From assembly GCA_053919585.1 (NCBI GenBank), contig CM132808.1: DNA of 64,000 nt; one strand, 5' to 3'. Source of the stretch: Euprymna scolopes (taxonomy: Eukaryota). Shown one piece after another: positions 51,344 to 63,150 of this stretch. How positions within the stretch are numbered: position 1 is the first letter of the stretch; every line of letters begins with the position of its first letter. The notes under the pieces were generated by a model. That model saw only the letters and a list, made by a program, of their open reading frames with translations. It had not been told where the DNA came from and made no database searches. Position numbers and translations under genes: made by a program.

Positions 51344-51642
51344 NNNNNNNNNNNNNNNNNNNNNNNNNNNNNNNNNNNNNNNNNNNNNNNNNNNNNNNNN
51401 NNNNNNNNNNNNNNNNNNNNNNNNNNNNNNNNNNNNNNNNNNNNNNNNNNNNNNNNNNNNNNNNNNNNNNNNNNNNNNNNNNNNNNNNNNNNNNNNNNNN
51501 NNNNNTTGAACCTTTTTATGCGCATCTATTCATCATGTCTGCATATATATAGATAGATATGCGTGTAGGCATAAACAACAAATATATGCATGTAAAAACC
51601 CGTACCGACATACATATTTAAATGTGTATACATGAGTAAACA

Positions 51643-51706
<64 letters not shown>

Positions 51707-51796
51707 TAGAAATGCACACAAACACACATATCCATACATATATATATATACAGATAATAAATATTTTCAAGCACACACACACACACACACACATAT

Positions 51797-51880
51797 ATTG
51801 CCATAAAAATGTGCATCCTTATTTGTGTGTATGTGTAATGCATATATGTATATACGCGTATATATAGTTATGCATGTTTG

Positions 51881-51915
<35 letters not shown>

Positions 51916-51996
51916 ACATGTATAACTATATATACGCATATATACATATATGCATTACACATACACGCAAATAAGGATGCACATTTTTATGGCAAT
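51797..51996. repeat. Inverted repeat, ~84-bp arms around a (TA)n(CA)n spacer
   Basis: 51797-51880 versus 51913-51996. Confidence 0.9.
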
Positions 51997-52565
51997 CTCT
52001 CTAGACATTTGAAGCAAGAACCTTAAAATATATATCACCTCAAGATCAAAGATTAGTCAAGAATAAGTAATAGACGGATAGACCACGGTCTACGAAATAG
52101 CAACTGTTCTTCCTTTGCCAGAAACATCGCTCACGGAATATGAGGACTAAAGGATTAAATAAGGGAAGCGAAAGTAAACCTAACGTTCACTTTCTACTAT
52201 CCGAGTCCACACACACATGCACACACACTCACATATGTATGTGGGTGTATAGCACACACATAGACATGTACATACACATACATGAGTACGTATGTGCATA
52301 TGTACATACACGCAAATAGCATACTCTCTATTCATATATATATCTTAAAGTAAATATATTTTAACACCTAACTTTTTGTCTTTGTTGTATTAAAAATTGC
52401 GTATTACTTATGAATTATATTAGGGAGATTATGGTGTGCATTATATTGTTCAAGTGCACAGTGTCCAATATTGAATTCTTCTTTTATGCAAAATGAGATG
52501 CACTGCAAAATTTTTCAATATTTCTGCATGTCATGTGATCTCAATCAAACAATCAAATAGTGAAT

Positions 52566-52774
52566 GAAGTTCTAGCCTTCGGGCTAAGATCCGAGTATAG
52601 TATCTGTTCTGATGCTACACTTAATTTCAATTGTCCTTAGTCAATGGAAGGAAACTCTTTTTTTTTTTTTTACTAACGCAATTTTTGTTTTTGCCTTCTG
52701 CCAGATTGCCCTTTTTGGGGAGCTGGTTATTCTCGTGTCACGTATTGCTCTTCTCGTGGGAAGGCAATTAAATA
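52566..52774 (+). mobile_element. U2-snRNA-derived retroposon, divergent copy 4
   Basis: Head gccttcgggctaagatccgagtatagtatctgttct, related 3' end cgtgggaaggcaattaaata. 12-bp TSD caaatagtgaat (52554-52565 and 52775-52786). Confidence 0.75.
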
Positions 52775-53011
52775 CAAATAGTGAATAATGTTTCGAAATA
52801 TTTTAAATACTAATTAGTAGTATTTGTATTATTCAGATAAGTATTTTCATCCTGTTTTTTTTATTATCACAACTCATTGTTAGTCGACACTATTATCCGC
52901 CGTGCCACGGGTCTACATGACATTTTTCTGTTGCTTAAAAACTCAATTGACATTATAGGTAGTACAACTAAGAATAACGTTCTCGAGTATAGAGTCATTC
53001 TTGTAATAGAA

Positions 53012-53345
53012 TCCCCCCTTGCCAAACTTTCACAAAAGCACTCGTCTAGTTACAACCACTATATATGATTTCTCCCATTCTCCATCTGAACATAAATCTA
53101 AACGCAGATTCCATAAACGAGGCTTCTTTGCCAGAACTGGCCGCCCTGTTCCGCTGGCTTACTTCCTGGTTGAATACAACATGGTAGCCTTCAAATCCAA
53201 TATAAACAAGTTTTTGTTGAGCCGTCCCCATAAATCAAATTCCACCCAATTTACACCATTAGCGATTACAACACTATCACTTTATATTCATCAACCGTTA
53301 TCCTCGAGTGGCCTTCGGGTTTTGAGAAGTGGCGAATCTAAAAGT
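53012..53345 (+). mobile_element. Older 3' fragment of CR1-group LINE
   Basis: ORF remnant SKRRFHKRGFFART...AFKSNINKFL and gagtggccttcggg end. Confidence 0.75.
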
Positions 53346-53814
53346 TAAAATAAAAAGATTAACGCAAAAGTAAATGGTTGCTTAAATCCTGTTAGCGAAG
53401 CTTTTCCAGATAGAGAATGGATCCTGTCAGGTTCAGCAAAGTGCATTGGTCTTCTCGTATCAAGACGGAAATTTATCACAAAGCGAATCCGTATATTTTA
53501 TAAAGTGATTCCCGTATCTTATTGGTCCGTTCTTATCTCATTATCTTATTATAAATGTAATCGTCCAAATCTTTGTGGTTATACCCGCTTCATATAACAA
53601 ATATACTGCATAAAACGTAATAATTAATTTACATGTTTTAACCTGTTATGACTGACGAAACGTGAAAAGTCTACTCCCCTGAACTAAATAAAAGTTTTTA
53701 TTATTATTATTTTTTATTTAGAAAATTTCTTATAGGTTCCAGAGTTTAATATAAAGGTCACCAAGTTTAAAAATATGCACTTGAAGAAGATCGGCGGTTA
53801 CATCGGTCAAGACA

Positions 53815-53863
<49 letters not shown>

Positions 53864-53974
53864 AAAAACAAGCTGAGGATCGTAATCCGATAAATCCCGA
53901 ATAACAATTTGAATTTTTATTATAAAATGCAATGTAAATAAACGAAATTAATTTACGAAACTTTTTTTTACACC

Positions 53975-54010
53975 CATTTTATTCTTTTTTTTTTTCTTTT
54001 TTCTTTCTAG
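53975..54010 (+). other. 3' splice acceptor (phase 0) of the Sp5 intron
   Basis: Long T/C tract ending ttctttctAG, directly before 17 open codons in frame with the Sp box. Vertebrate Sp5 has an equivalent intron shortly before the Sp box. Confidence 0.85.
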
Positions 54011-55441
54011 GGTCCGTCATTTTCTCCGACATCTGACCTGGCCAAACCGTCTCCGTTAACGATGCTAGCGGCCACTTGCAGCCGCCTCACCCCTGGAACA
54101 ATGGACATGACCCGTTCAGCCGGACCGCTTCTTGGACATGGGGCGTGGCACTCAACTCGACACCCTTGCTCGGCCGCCCAGCCTACCATCACCGGTCCAA
54201 TGGGCACTACGTTCGAGGTTGATGTATCTGGTGTGGGACCGACGGGGCTTACCGTGGCACAGGTGCTGCGTTCCATGGGCCCGACCCCTCATCCACATCA
54301 TCCACATGCACACCACCCACACCCTCATCCACACCACCCACATTCACACCACCACCCTCCACACCATCCGCACCACTTGTCGCACGGGGGACCTATTCGT
54401 CACGTACACCCACACACCACGTCAACTGGCCCTCCCGGTGCGTCGCCACACCAACCACCATCACACCCGCCGCCCCCGCCAGCTTTTAATTATGACCTGC
54501 ACCAGGCAAGACTAGCACAACAAACGATCATGGCGGCGGGGCATGGCATTCTACCAGGTAACAGTTTGGTACTAGCATCAATGTCCCCAGCAAATAGTCT
54601 TGCACCGAATAATTCACTCTCAGCTAATTCCGTTCCAAAGCAGATGTCTCCGCCACCGGCGTCGGAAGCGGAGACTCCTTGGTGGAGCATACCAAACCCG
54701 CCCTCGTCAGCGAATTTACCGGCTGATTTCAAATATTCCTTTCAATCGAATATCATGCTCAACCAATCCAAAGCAGCCGCCGCAATCCGTTACCATGGTA
54801 ATATTACGACACTCTTTAATGGCGCTGGTGCGGCGAGAGGCCCTACTTCTTCGGGGGTTATCGCGGCAAGACGATGTCGACGCTGCCGTTGTCCCAACTG
54901 TCAGAACTCGCTGAATTCGCCAAATTCGCCCGGATCAGGCGGAAGCAGCAACGGCACTTCTGGTGGTGCACAGAAACGGAAGCAACACATCTGCCATATT
55001 CCGGGATGCGGGAAGGTATACGGCAAGACGTCGCATCTGAAGGCCCACTTACGATGGCACACCGGTGAGCGACCTTTCGTCTGCAACTGGTTATTTTGTG
55101 GCAAGAGTTTCACACGATCGGACGAACTGCAGCGCCACCTGCGAACTCATACGGGCGAGAAGAGGTTCGCGTGCACCGAGTGTGGCAAGCGCTTCATGCG
55201 GAGCGATCACCTAAGCAAACATGTAAAAACGCACGAGACGAAAAAGAACAAACTGCTCACCGGAACTGGCGCTTCTAGCGGGCGGCATGTTGATGAGTCT
55301 GCTCGCGACGTCGACGAGGGCAGCATTGATGTTGTGATTAACCCCAGTGATGAAGGGAATGCCTCGGAAGATGAAGACATCGACGTTGAAACGGATTTTA
55401 CCGATCCTTGCGATCAGTTGCTTCTTGCTTCTCGAGAATAG
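54011..55441 (+). CDS. Sp5: Sp5/buttonhead-class C2H2 zinc-finger transcription factor, terminal coding exon (5'-partial)
   Basis: A polypyrimidine tract and AG (54009-54010) open a frame reading [25 protein letters not shown] (Sp box; the ORF-track ATG at 54062 lies inside it). Also present: PWWSIP motif, buttonhead box CRRCRCPNC (54875-54901) and three C2H2 fingers (54992-55234). The fingers carry Sp5-type residues GKTSHLKAH and [26 protein letters not shown]. Stop TAG at 55439-55441. Confidence 0.95.
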   Translation, partial: GPSFSPTSDLAKPSPLTMLAATCSRLTPGTMDMTRSAGPLLGHGAWHSTRHPCSAAQPTITGPMGTTFEVDVSGVGPTGLTVAQVLRSMGPTPHPHHPHAHHPHPHPHHPHSHHHPPHHPHHLSHGGPIRHVHPHTTSTGPPGASPHQPPSHPPPPPAFNYDLHQARLAQQTIMAAGHGILPGNSLVLASMSPANSLAPNNSLSANSVPKQMSPPPASEAETPWWSIPNPPSSANLPADFKYSFQSNIMLNQSKAAAAIRYHGNITTLFNGAGAARGPTSSGVIAARRCRRCRCPNCQNSLNSPNSPGSGGSSNGTSGGAQKRKQHICHIPGCGKVYGKTSHLKAHLRWHTGERPFVCNWLFCGKSFTRSDELQRHLRTHTGEKRFACTECGKRFMRSDHLSKHVKTHETKKNKLLTGTGASSGRHVDESARDVDEGSIDVVINPSDEGNASEDEDIDVETDFTDPCDQLLLASRE

Positions 55442-56103
55442 ACATTTCGAAATCGAGTTGCTTTTTTTTAAATTTAAATATTTATAATTTCTTTCACTTT
55501 GCGTAAAAAAAAAATGCAAATATTCAAATCGAATGACGGAATAATAAGAAATAAAATTGATATAAAAAGAAATACTAAATTAAATGTATGAATAGAAAAC
55601 AAAATTACGGAGGAATTTAAAACGTTAAAAGAACAGAACAGATTGATAATAAATTTATTTTGTGGTTTTGGAGAAACGCGGAACGGATGAATATTTCTTC
55701 CTAGGATTGTGAATCCTGCATTAGTTGAAGAATACGGATTCAACAAGTGCTTTAAAAGATGGGTTATCAGCATCTAACAAATGTGCGGGAAAAATATATT
55801 GAAATACGTGCTGTACAGTTTCCCGATTGCGATGAAAGTCATGGGCCGCTTGGAAAAATCCATTGAAATAAACATTGGCTCATTGGAAATGACAGTTTGG
55901 AAAACTTCGCAATGAATAATGCTCGGTGCTGGTGATGGAAAGATAGGGCATCTTAGAAAATAAGAGATGGAAATCGTCTTCTGCGGAATCTGCGGAGGAC
56001 GAGATGGGGGTCTGTGCAAAGTGTTTTTTTTTTAATTTTCTTCAGAGAACAACGATCTGGCTTGTCGTTTCTGTTTTGCGTCAGTCGGAAAAATGTTCCT
56101 TTA

Positions 56104-56158
<55 letters not shown>

Positions 56159-56356
56159 TTATTTTATTTTCATGTGAGGCAACGGTAAAAGCCGAAATAA
56201 ATTTCTTCTTCGCCTGAAAAACTAAATTACGACATAATTGTGATCCTATCGGGAAATACTACAAATTTAAATTCTAACCCGAACATTGCTTTCAATTCGA
56301 CATTTTGAAGGCTGCAACATCATGACGGACATATTTCAGTCAGACATTTTATTTTC

Positions 56357-56419
<63 letters not shown>

Positions 56420-59400
56420 CCACGATGATATATTCTTGGACGCCATAAATTGGAAATTCATTAAGAAAAATCAAAATATCAATTTGAAAGATTTTTTTTT
56501 GTTTAGTTTGAATTAAAGTTTATCATCCTGAACACAGGTAAAGAATGAACACTACACGAAGCGTAGCATTTCTTCGATTTTATCACGAACTGCTATAAAT
56601 CTAAAGAGGGAAAATCTAAATCTACATCTGATTCCCTGAAAATTGTATTCGATAAAAAAAAAAAAACTCAATGATTAAATTGAAAACAAACTAATTAAAT
56701 CGTTCGAGTCGACTGCATTCAAACTGATCATAACTGGAAACAGAAAATAAAGTATTGAATTAGAGTAAAATCGATATTAATTATAAATTCGATTTGCTAG
56801 GATTGAAATTTGGTATCTTGTTTTATCTTTATTGGTTACGCGAAATCGAAGCTGAATACAACTTTTGATCGCTTGTAGGCTATAACTGACTCACCCACAT
56901 CCTTCAACATGACACAAACACTACCAATCATGGTGACGTAATTGGTAAAAATTCGACATCACAAAATAAATTAGAAAAAAAAATCCCAGATTTTTTGCCT
57001 CATTTTACACATTTATTTATTTTTGTTTTGGTCTTTGATGCAGAAGCTTAAAAAAAAAGTTTAGAAAAAAACAATTGTTTTTTTTTTTAATTTTCTCTAA
57101 CAAAATCCGTCGAAGAAACTTATTCAGTACATTCTTACATATAAATGCGTGTAGATATACAGTTACGCGCGTACACCCGCCCATATAATTAATACAATAG
57201 AGAGAGTTAAAGTACAAGTTGAAAACTAAATTTCACGAACGAATTAAAAAACTCAGTTTGAATTAATAACGACTTCGTTTAGAAATCATTTATATCACTC
57301 TAGACGACTAATGGTCAAACGCACCAATGTCGTCAGAAATTTAAACACAAATTATTTCCATCTGTATTGCATATGAATAATTACTATGCTCTTACTTCGT
57401 AATTAAGCACTATGTTTAATTATTTTTTCTAGATCACAATTTAAAGTTACTCATATATATATATATATTAATTATTATAGTATATAATTATATATATATA
57501 ATAAATGTATATATATATATATATTAATTATTATAGTATATAATTATATATATATAATAAATGTATATATATATATATTAATNNNNNNNNNNNNNNNNNN
57601 NNNNNNNNNNNNNNNNNNNNNNNNNNNNNNNNNNNNNNNNNNNNNNNNNNNNNNNNNNNNNNNNNNNNNNNNNNNNNNNNNNNNNNNNNNNNNNNNNNNN
57701 NNNNNNNNNNNNNNNNNNNNNNNNNNNNNNNNNNNNNNNNNNNNNNNNNNNNNNNNNNNNNNNNNNNNNNNNNNNNNNNNNNNNNNNNNNNNNNNNNNNN
57801 NNNNNNNNNNNNNNNNNNNNNNNNNNNNNNNNNNNTTCTACTAAATGTTAAACAGAGCGCAGACGTACGTATGGAAATACCGAGCTGTGTACGAAATGAC
57901 GTCACGGTAAGGAAAAAGAAAAAAAGCCTATAAAAAGGACTGACGATGACGTTAGAGACGTGGGTAACGTAACAGCCGTAACGAGAAGTCCCGCGTGACG
58001 GGAAAATGAGGAAATAAATGCCATTGTTACAAAAAAGAAAAGAGAAAGAGTCGAGTTATTACTTGTTCTATGTTCCTTGCGACGTGTTAATCTATTAAGG
58101 AGAACAGCTAGCCTTTTAGGTGAATTATGATATATGTTTAAAATGTTGACCCCTTAACAGCCTTTTTCCGGATGAAAACAGATTAAAAAGTTTTCCACAT
58201 GTCTGAATACCCTATATACCAAATTTCAAGTTTGTAGATCAAACATTCGTTAAGTATATAGGTTAAGAAGTGCTCTCACATACAAATGCTCAATTTTATA
58301 GATATATAGATAAATAAAATAAAGTGACAACTCGACTATAAAGCTTAAAGTATATAGTTCTTTTCCGCAATACTGCGTGCAACAACACCAACACACAGCC
58401 TCTATACAGTAACACGGATAATGAACATTTAATTTTATTTACAAGAAAAAAAAATCTATTTCCTTCTCTTTCTCTGTTGATGGATACTTTACTATCCGAA
58501 ATTAATAAGAAATAATTCAGGTTTAAAAACTCGAATGATTTTTTAAAATAAAATATTTGCATCTTAATGTGTTTTCAAAACAGTTTGTTTATTCAAAATT
58601 TTGAATCTTATTAAAGGTGCTTCAAAGTGCTTTTTTCCCATTATTACGGTATGAATTATTTCTATAACTGTTTTTTTTTTAAAAGTTTCTTAGCAATTTG
58701 TTCAAGCTGAAGACGAAGCATCCTACCGGATGCCAAACTTTACCCGCTCTCTCAGATATTTCAGCGAAGAGATCTTTTAAGGATTCTAACCGTCTCTTCA
58801 AGTGCAACTGTTTGAATCTCTCTTGCATTTGGTTCAGTAGTTTTTAAAATTCTTTTTCATGGGTCCAGTTGCTGCTATAATTACTCGAATGATGAAGTTT
58901 CCACATTCTAGTTTCTTTTCATGTCATATATAATTCGTCACTATTTAGTTATTGTTTGCGCATCTATGTGCTATGTCATGCTGGGGTGCGCAGTACTAAA
59001 TAGAGTAATTCATTTTTTTTTACTTTGATATACAAAAACATCTTTTGAAAATAATATTGTTAAAACAAATATTATTCATTTTATTGTATGACAGCGCTCC
59101 TTGCCTTTTGATGAGATCACAAATGTCATGTGACGCATATTACAATGCAGTATATGAGGAATACATACGTACGTATACACAGACATTTGATCTAGATGTC
59201 CGCAAGCACCACCCTTCGGACGCACGATTTGGTGCTATGTAATGCAAATGTACGAAATCAAAGTCGACTGAGTGTCCATCCGATTCCTGCCGGTTTCTCC
59301 TCTCCAAGACGATTCTGCAAATGCCAGAAGAAATGAGAACTAAAATGCTTTTCGAAAAAATAAACCGCTTAAAAAGAAAACAAAGAAACAAATAAACAAA

Positions 59401-59679
59401 CAAACAACAACAACAATTACAAAAAAAAAAACTCTTGTGTCTTATAAAACAAATTTTGAAATTTGAAACTTTTGTTGTTTTTTTTTTAAATCCAAAATTA
59501 AGAAAATAAAATCTGCAAACATTTTTTCTTGTGAATTTCAACTGAAAAAATGAAACTTTTTTGTTATTTCGATTTGATATTTTCTGCATGAATTCTTTTA
59601 CAAAAACATTTTTTCATGTTTTATTTGGTTATTTTTTTTTTGTTTTATAACAACCTCGCCTTGGCAAAGACTTTTATTA

Positions 59680-60359
59680 CGAGGGTCGTTCCAAAAGTAA
59701 GGCCTCTTATTGTTTTTAACTAAAAACCTAAAACGTTGAAGACGAGAGTAGTACCATATAAATGAGTGACTTTTTGTGCTCCAGATTTTATTGTTATACA
59801 CTATCAATGGGCTATGACAACAGCATATTATTTTCATTGTATTAACTCTATTGACACAGTTAATCAACGGAGAACCATATCACTCTAAATAAAAGTATAT
59901 AAGATATCAACGGATACCCACTCGAGAGTCAAAACAATGAAAAGAATATGCTGTTGTCCTAGCCCTAATAATCGCTACCATTCTCAGCGCACTTTTAATG
60001 TCTCTATCGTAAAACTCCACAGCGTGCTTTGTCAGTCATATCTCTGCCGCAACACTGAAATCGACGAACCCATCTCCTAACTGTACTGGCATCAACTCCC
60101 TCGGCTTCGTAAACGTCAATCGGGCGCCGGTGAATACTGATTAGTTATTTTTTGTGCATGGAGCGATTCAATGACGCATATCTGCTTCTGACAGACGTTC
60201 CTGACAGAGATTGCTTTCTTAGAGTTTCACACCGTCATTATCTGCAATAGAGATGTAAAACCTTTATGTTATGATATACATAACAATGAAATTTGCAATC
60301 CCTTCTCAGCCATTTGGAAGGAATTAAAAATAGGAGGCATTATTTTGGAACGTTCATCG
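59680..60359 (-). mobile_element. Non-autonomous mariner with nested hAT-like MITE (~59806-59967)
   Basis: TA-flanked TIRs cgagggtcgttccaaaagtaaggcctc / gaggcattattttggaacgttcatcg. Related pieces at ~7450-7590 and 18806-18838. Confidence 0.8.
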
Positions 60360-60557
60360 TATATTTAAACGTTATCTACCCGATTTTTCTCTGGATGCAA
60401 TAAAGTCTTCCTAGATATTAACTCTTTTTATACACATTTTTCAACTCAAGGTAGACACCAATCCATCAATTTAAAATGAGTTATCTCCTCTGCTGATTTA
60501 TATTTCCAGCCTTTGGACAGCAGCAAATAATTTACAATATATTGTAGTAAAGTGCAG

Positions 60558-61238
60558 TGTTATATTGCCAGTGTTACATGAAAGGGCTGCCCCCCTTTCA
60601 TGTAAGAAGACATACTAGATAAGTGAAAATGATATTAGGATAAGGCTAGAATCGAACCCTGTAGGCAAGTGTTTAAGATAATGGAAAATGGAATGTTAGA
60701 AATTAATTCTATTGTTAATTCTATTAGAAATAGTTAAATATTGTTTATGTCGGAAAAAAGAGTCGATTGTCCATTCTTTCAGAAATCTAGATATTAAATA
60801 TGTCAGTTAAATGAATGCGCAATGCGAGTTAAAATATATTGTTTAAAAAGAATTCTTTTGTTTGCTGAAAGTGTGTTTGGACAAACATATCTAAAACCAC
60901 GTGAAAATTAGTCACGTTTGAAAACCACACTTCTGACGTCATAAACAAAGGAGATTTCTCAATAAAGGATTCTTTGAGTTCGAAGAGTCAGTCAGTTGAG
61001 AGTCAAGAGCTGATGAGGATGAGATAATCAGAGCAGATCACGGTGATAGAGTTGGAGAGTGGGAGCCCTTTAGAGGCGAAGGGTGGAAGAGTAAATCGTG
61101 TAGTCGAAAGACTGTAATTCCTGACGTCATCGGTCGATTGAAGAATAAAGAAGCCAACTATGTTTGTAACTGTTGTCTCCTGTCGTCATTACTCACAACC
61201 AGAAAAAGGAAAATGTGTTTTATCATAATCTTATAACA
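60558..61238 (+). mobile_element. Probable solo LTR
   Basis: TGTTATA...TATAACA inverted termini and internal AATAAA; no TSD recognised. Confidence 0.45.
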
Positions 61239-61284
61239 GACTTTGTAACCCCTTCCAAGATTATGTGCCTCCTCCCATCATAGG

Positions 61285-61662
61285 TGAAGTATCGCTTCCC
61301 CTCTATATGTGTATAATAACTATTGCATCATATCTCCCAATATGAAATCTCCAAGAATTGTCACAGTCGTCGGTATGATGTAAAATATATAAATGTCTTC
61401 CCATCAGAATTGTCATCACCACCGTTATATATGTACCCACAATATGAGTCCCCGTTAATGTCGCCGATATGTGAAGTATCGCTTCCCCTCTATATGTGTA
61501 TAATAACTGTTGCATCATATCTCCCAAGCCGTATTAATATGAAATCTCCAAGAATTGCCACAGTCGTCGTCATGATGTAATATATATATATAAACGTCTT
61601 CCCATCAGAATTGTCATCACCACCGTTATATATGTGCCCACAATATTAATGTCGCCGATATG
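61285..61662 (+). repeat. ~188-bp tandem duplication x2
   Basis: tgaagtatcgcttcccc...ttaatgtcgccgatatg, present twice with small indels. Confidence 0.85.
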
Positions 61663-62124
61663 AAATCGTCATCTCTTAAATATAATCCCTTGCTACACAG
61701 CACCAATATCATAGTATTAAAATAACCGATTAGTATTGGCTACTCAGAAACTGTGCTTTTTGTCAGCTTAAATGCTATTTTAGTCTGATTTTGAAAAAAC
61801 GACAATACAATTTCATAGGTAAGATTAGCCTATGTAACATGACGGCAAGAAAACGTTATCTCGTATATCTGTTTTAACGGATGACATTTAATCTAGACAA
61901 CCTGTGACCTAAATAAGTCATAATTTCAGCCAGTGATCACTGAAAATGGGATATTATTTTGTGTATGTTCACTGAAATGAGGATTAAACCAGACATGTTT
62001 TTTGCGTCTATTCCTCTTCTATAACTGCATTACTATTAATTTGTTTGTAAACAAGCGGATGGTTAGAGCACAATTGCGACGGGCGGGTGTTGATTTAATA
62101 CATACTCGAGGAGAAATATTTACA

Positions 62125-62264
62125 GCACTGATTCGTGGTCCGATGGTGAGAGCTGGCGACTGTCAATGCGATGGCTGTAGGATCAATCCACGGCTGGGGA
62201 AACGTGTATGTCTAGCCGCACTGATGAGTTGTTATACAACGAAACAGTACTGCATGTGGATGGC

Positions 62265-62270
<6 letters not shown>
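62125..62270 (+). mobile_element. tRNA-derived SINE carrying a hammerhead motif
   Basis: A-box-like TGGTCCGATGG (62136-62146), ctGTCaa loop and B-box-like ggatcaatcc. Then ccgca-CTGATGA-gttgt-tat-acaac-GAAAC-agtact-GCA-tgtgg (62216-62259); the cleavage triplet is non-canonical. Confidence 0.7.
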
Positions 62271-62302
<32 letters not shown>

Positions 62303-62303
62303 C

Positions 62304-62336
<33 letters not shown>

Positions 62337-62374
62337 TTGGCATGTGTTATATATAGAGAGAGACATGACTTCTG

Positions 62375-62479
62375 TTGCCAGGGTTCGAATCTCTCGACTG
62401 GCGTTAATCGTGACACCCTGCATTGATGATTCTCGAAAGGATGAAACACTAGTGTCTGTTGGTATTTAATTATTATAAT

Positions 62480-62480
<1 letters not shown>
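62375..62480 (+). mobile_element. tRNA-headed hammerhead SINE family B, degenerate copy
   Basis: B box gggttcgaatc (62381-62391), then cctgca-tTGATGA-ttctcgaaaggat-GAAAC-actagt-GTC-tgttgg. Confidence 0.6.
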
Positions 62481-62532
<52 letters not shown>

Positions 62533-62536
<4 letters not shown>

Positions 62537-62703
62537 TATCTTTAATAATAAATACGTAATCTGCAGTAATTAAAATATATTTAAGCGTATCTTACGACCG
62601 GGGAAAATATATACTAGCAGGTTCCCGGCGTTCCCTGGTCGTAAGATACGCTTAAATATATTTTAATTACTGGAGATTACGTATTTATTATTATAGATAC
62701 GAT
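62533..62703. repeat. Inverted repeat, ~73-bp arms centred on a Helitron 3' end
   Basis: 62533-62605 versus 62631-62703; the spacer contains actagcaggttcccggcg. Confidence 0.9.
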
Positions 62704-62753
62704 TCTCTGTCGATTATTACTATAATAAACCTAAGTAAGATCAAAACACACAC

Positions 62754-62822
<69 letters not shown>

Positions 62823-62823
<1 letters not shown>

Positions 62824-63150
62824 TAACGGGGGATACCCGGCGTTGCCCGGGTGTTTGGAGGTGTGTGTGTGTTAAAAAGAGGCGTAAAGAAAAAAAAGTT
62901 TTGGTCGGAAGGTCGGATTGAACTCCGAAGCCTTGACACAAAGGTGGAAACGAAAGGGAAAAAAGCCAGTCACCTAACCATCTGGGCTACAACGGAGAGG
63001 GACCCATAAGCCCGTTATATGAAAGTTTATGTTGCGAAATAAACAGGTGCGAGGAAGTCTGGCCTAGTTTTGCAAGCCAACTCATTCGTGGACATACACA
63101 AGAAGAAGCGAGCGAACACACACACACTTTCGCTTTTATATATATATAGA
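62823..63150 (-). mobile_element. Non-autonomous Helitron with internal tRNA-like sequence
   Basis: cccggcgttgcccggg hairpin and acactttcgcttttatatatatataga end, as in 41306-41749; terminal CTAG decayed. Confidence 0.7.

Noticed and set aside
54062-55441. Sp5 as an intronless gene starting at ATG 54062, or as Sp1-4/Sp6-9
   Set aside because: The ATG lies inside the Sp box and a strong in-frame acceptor precedes it; the finger residues and PWWSIP favour Sp5.
54007-55519. ORFs overlapping Sp5 in other frames or on the - strand
   Set aside because: Shadow ORFs of a GC-rich exon.
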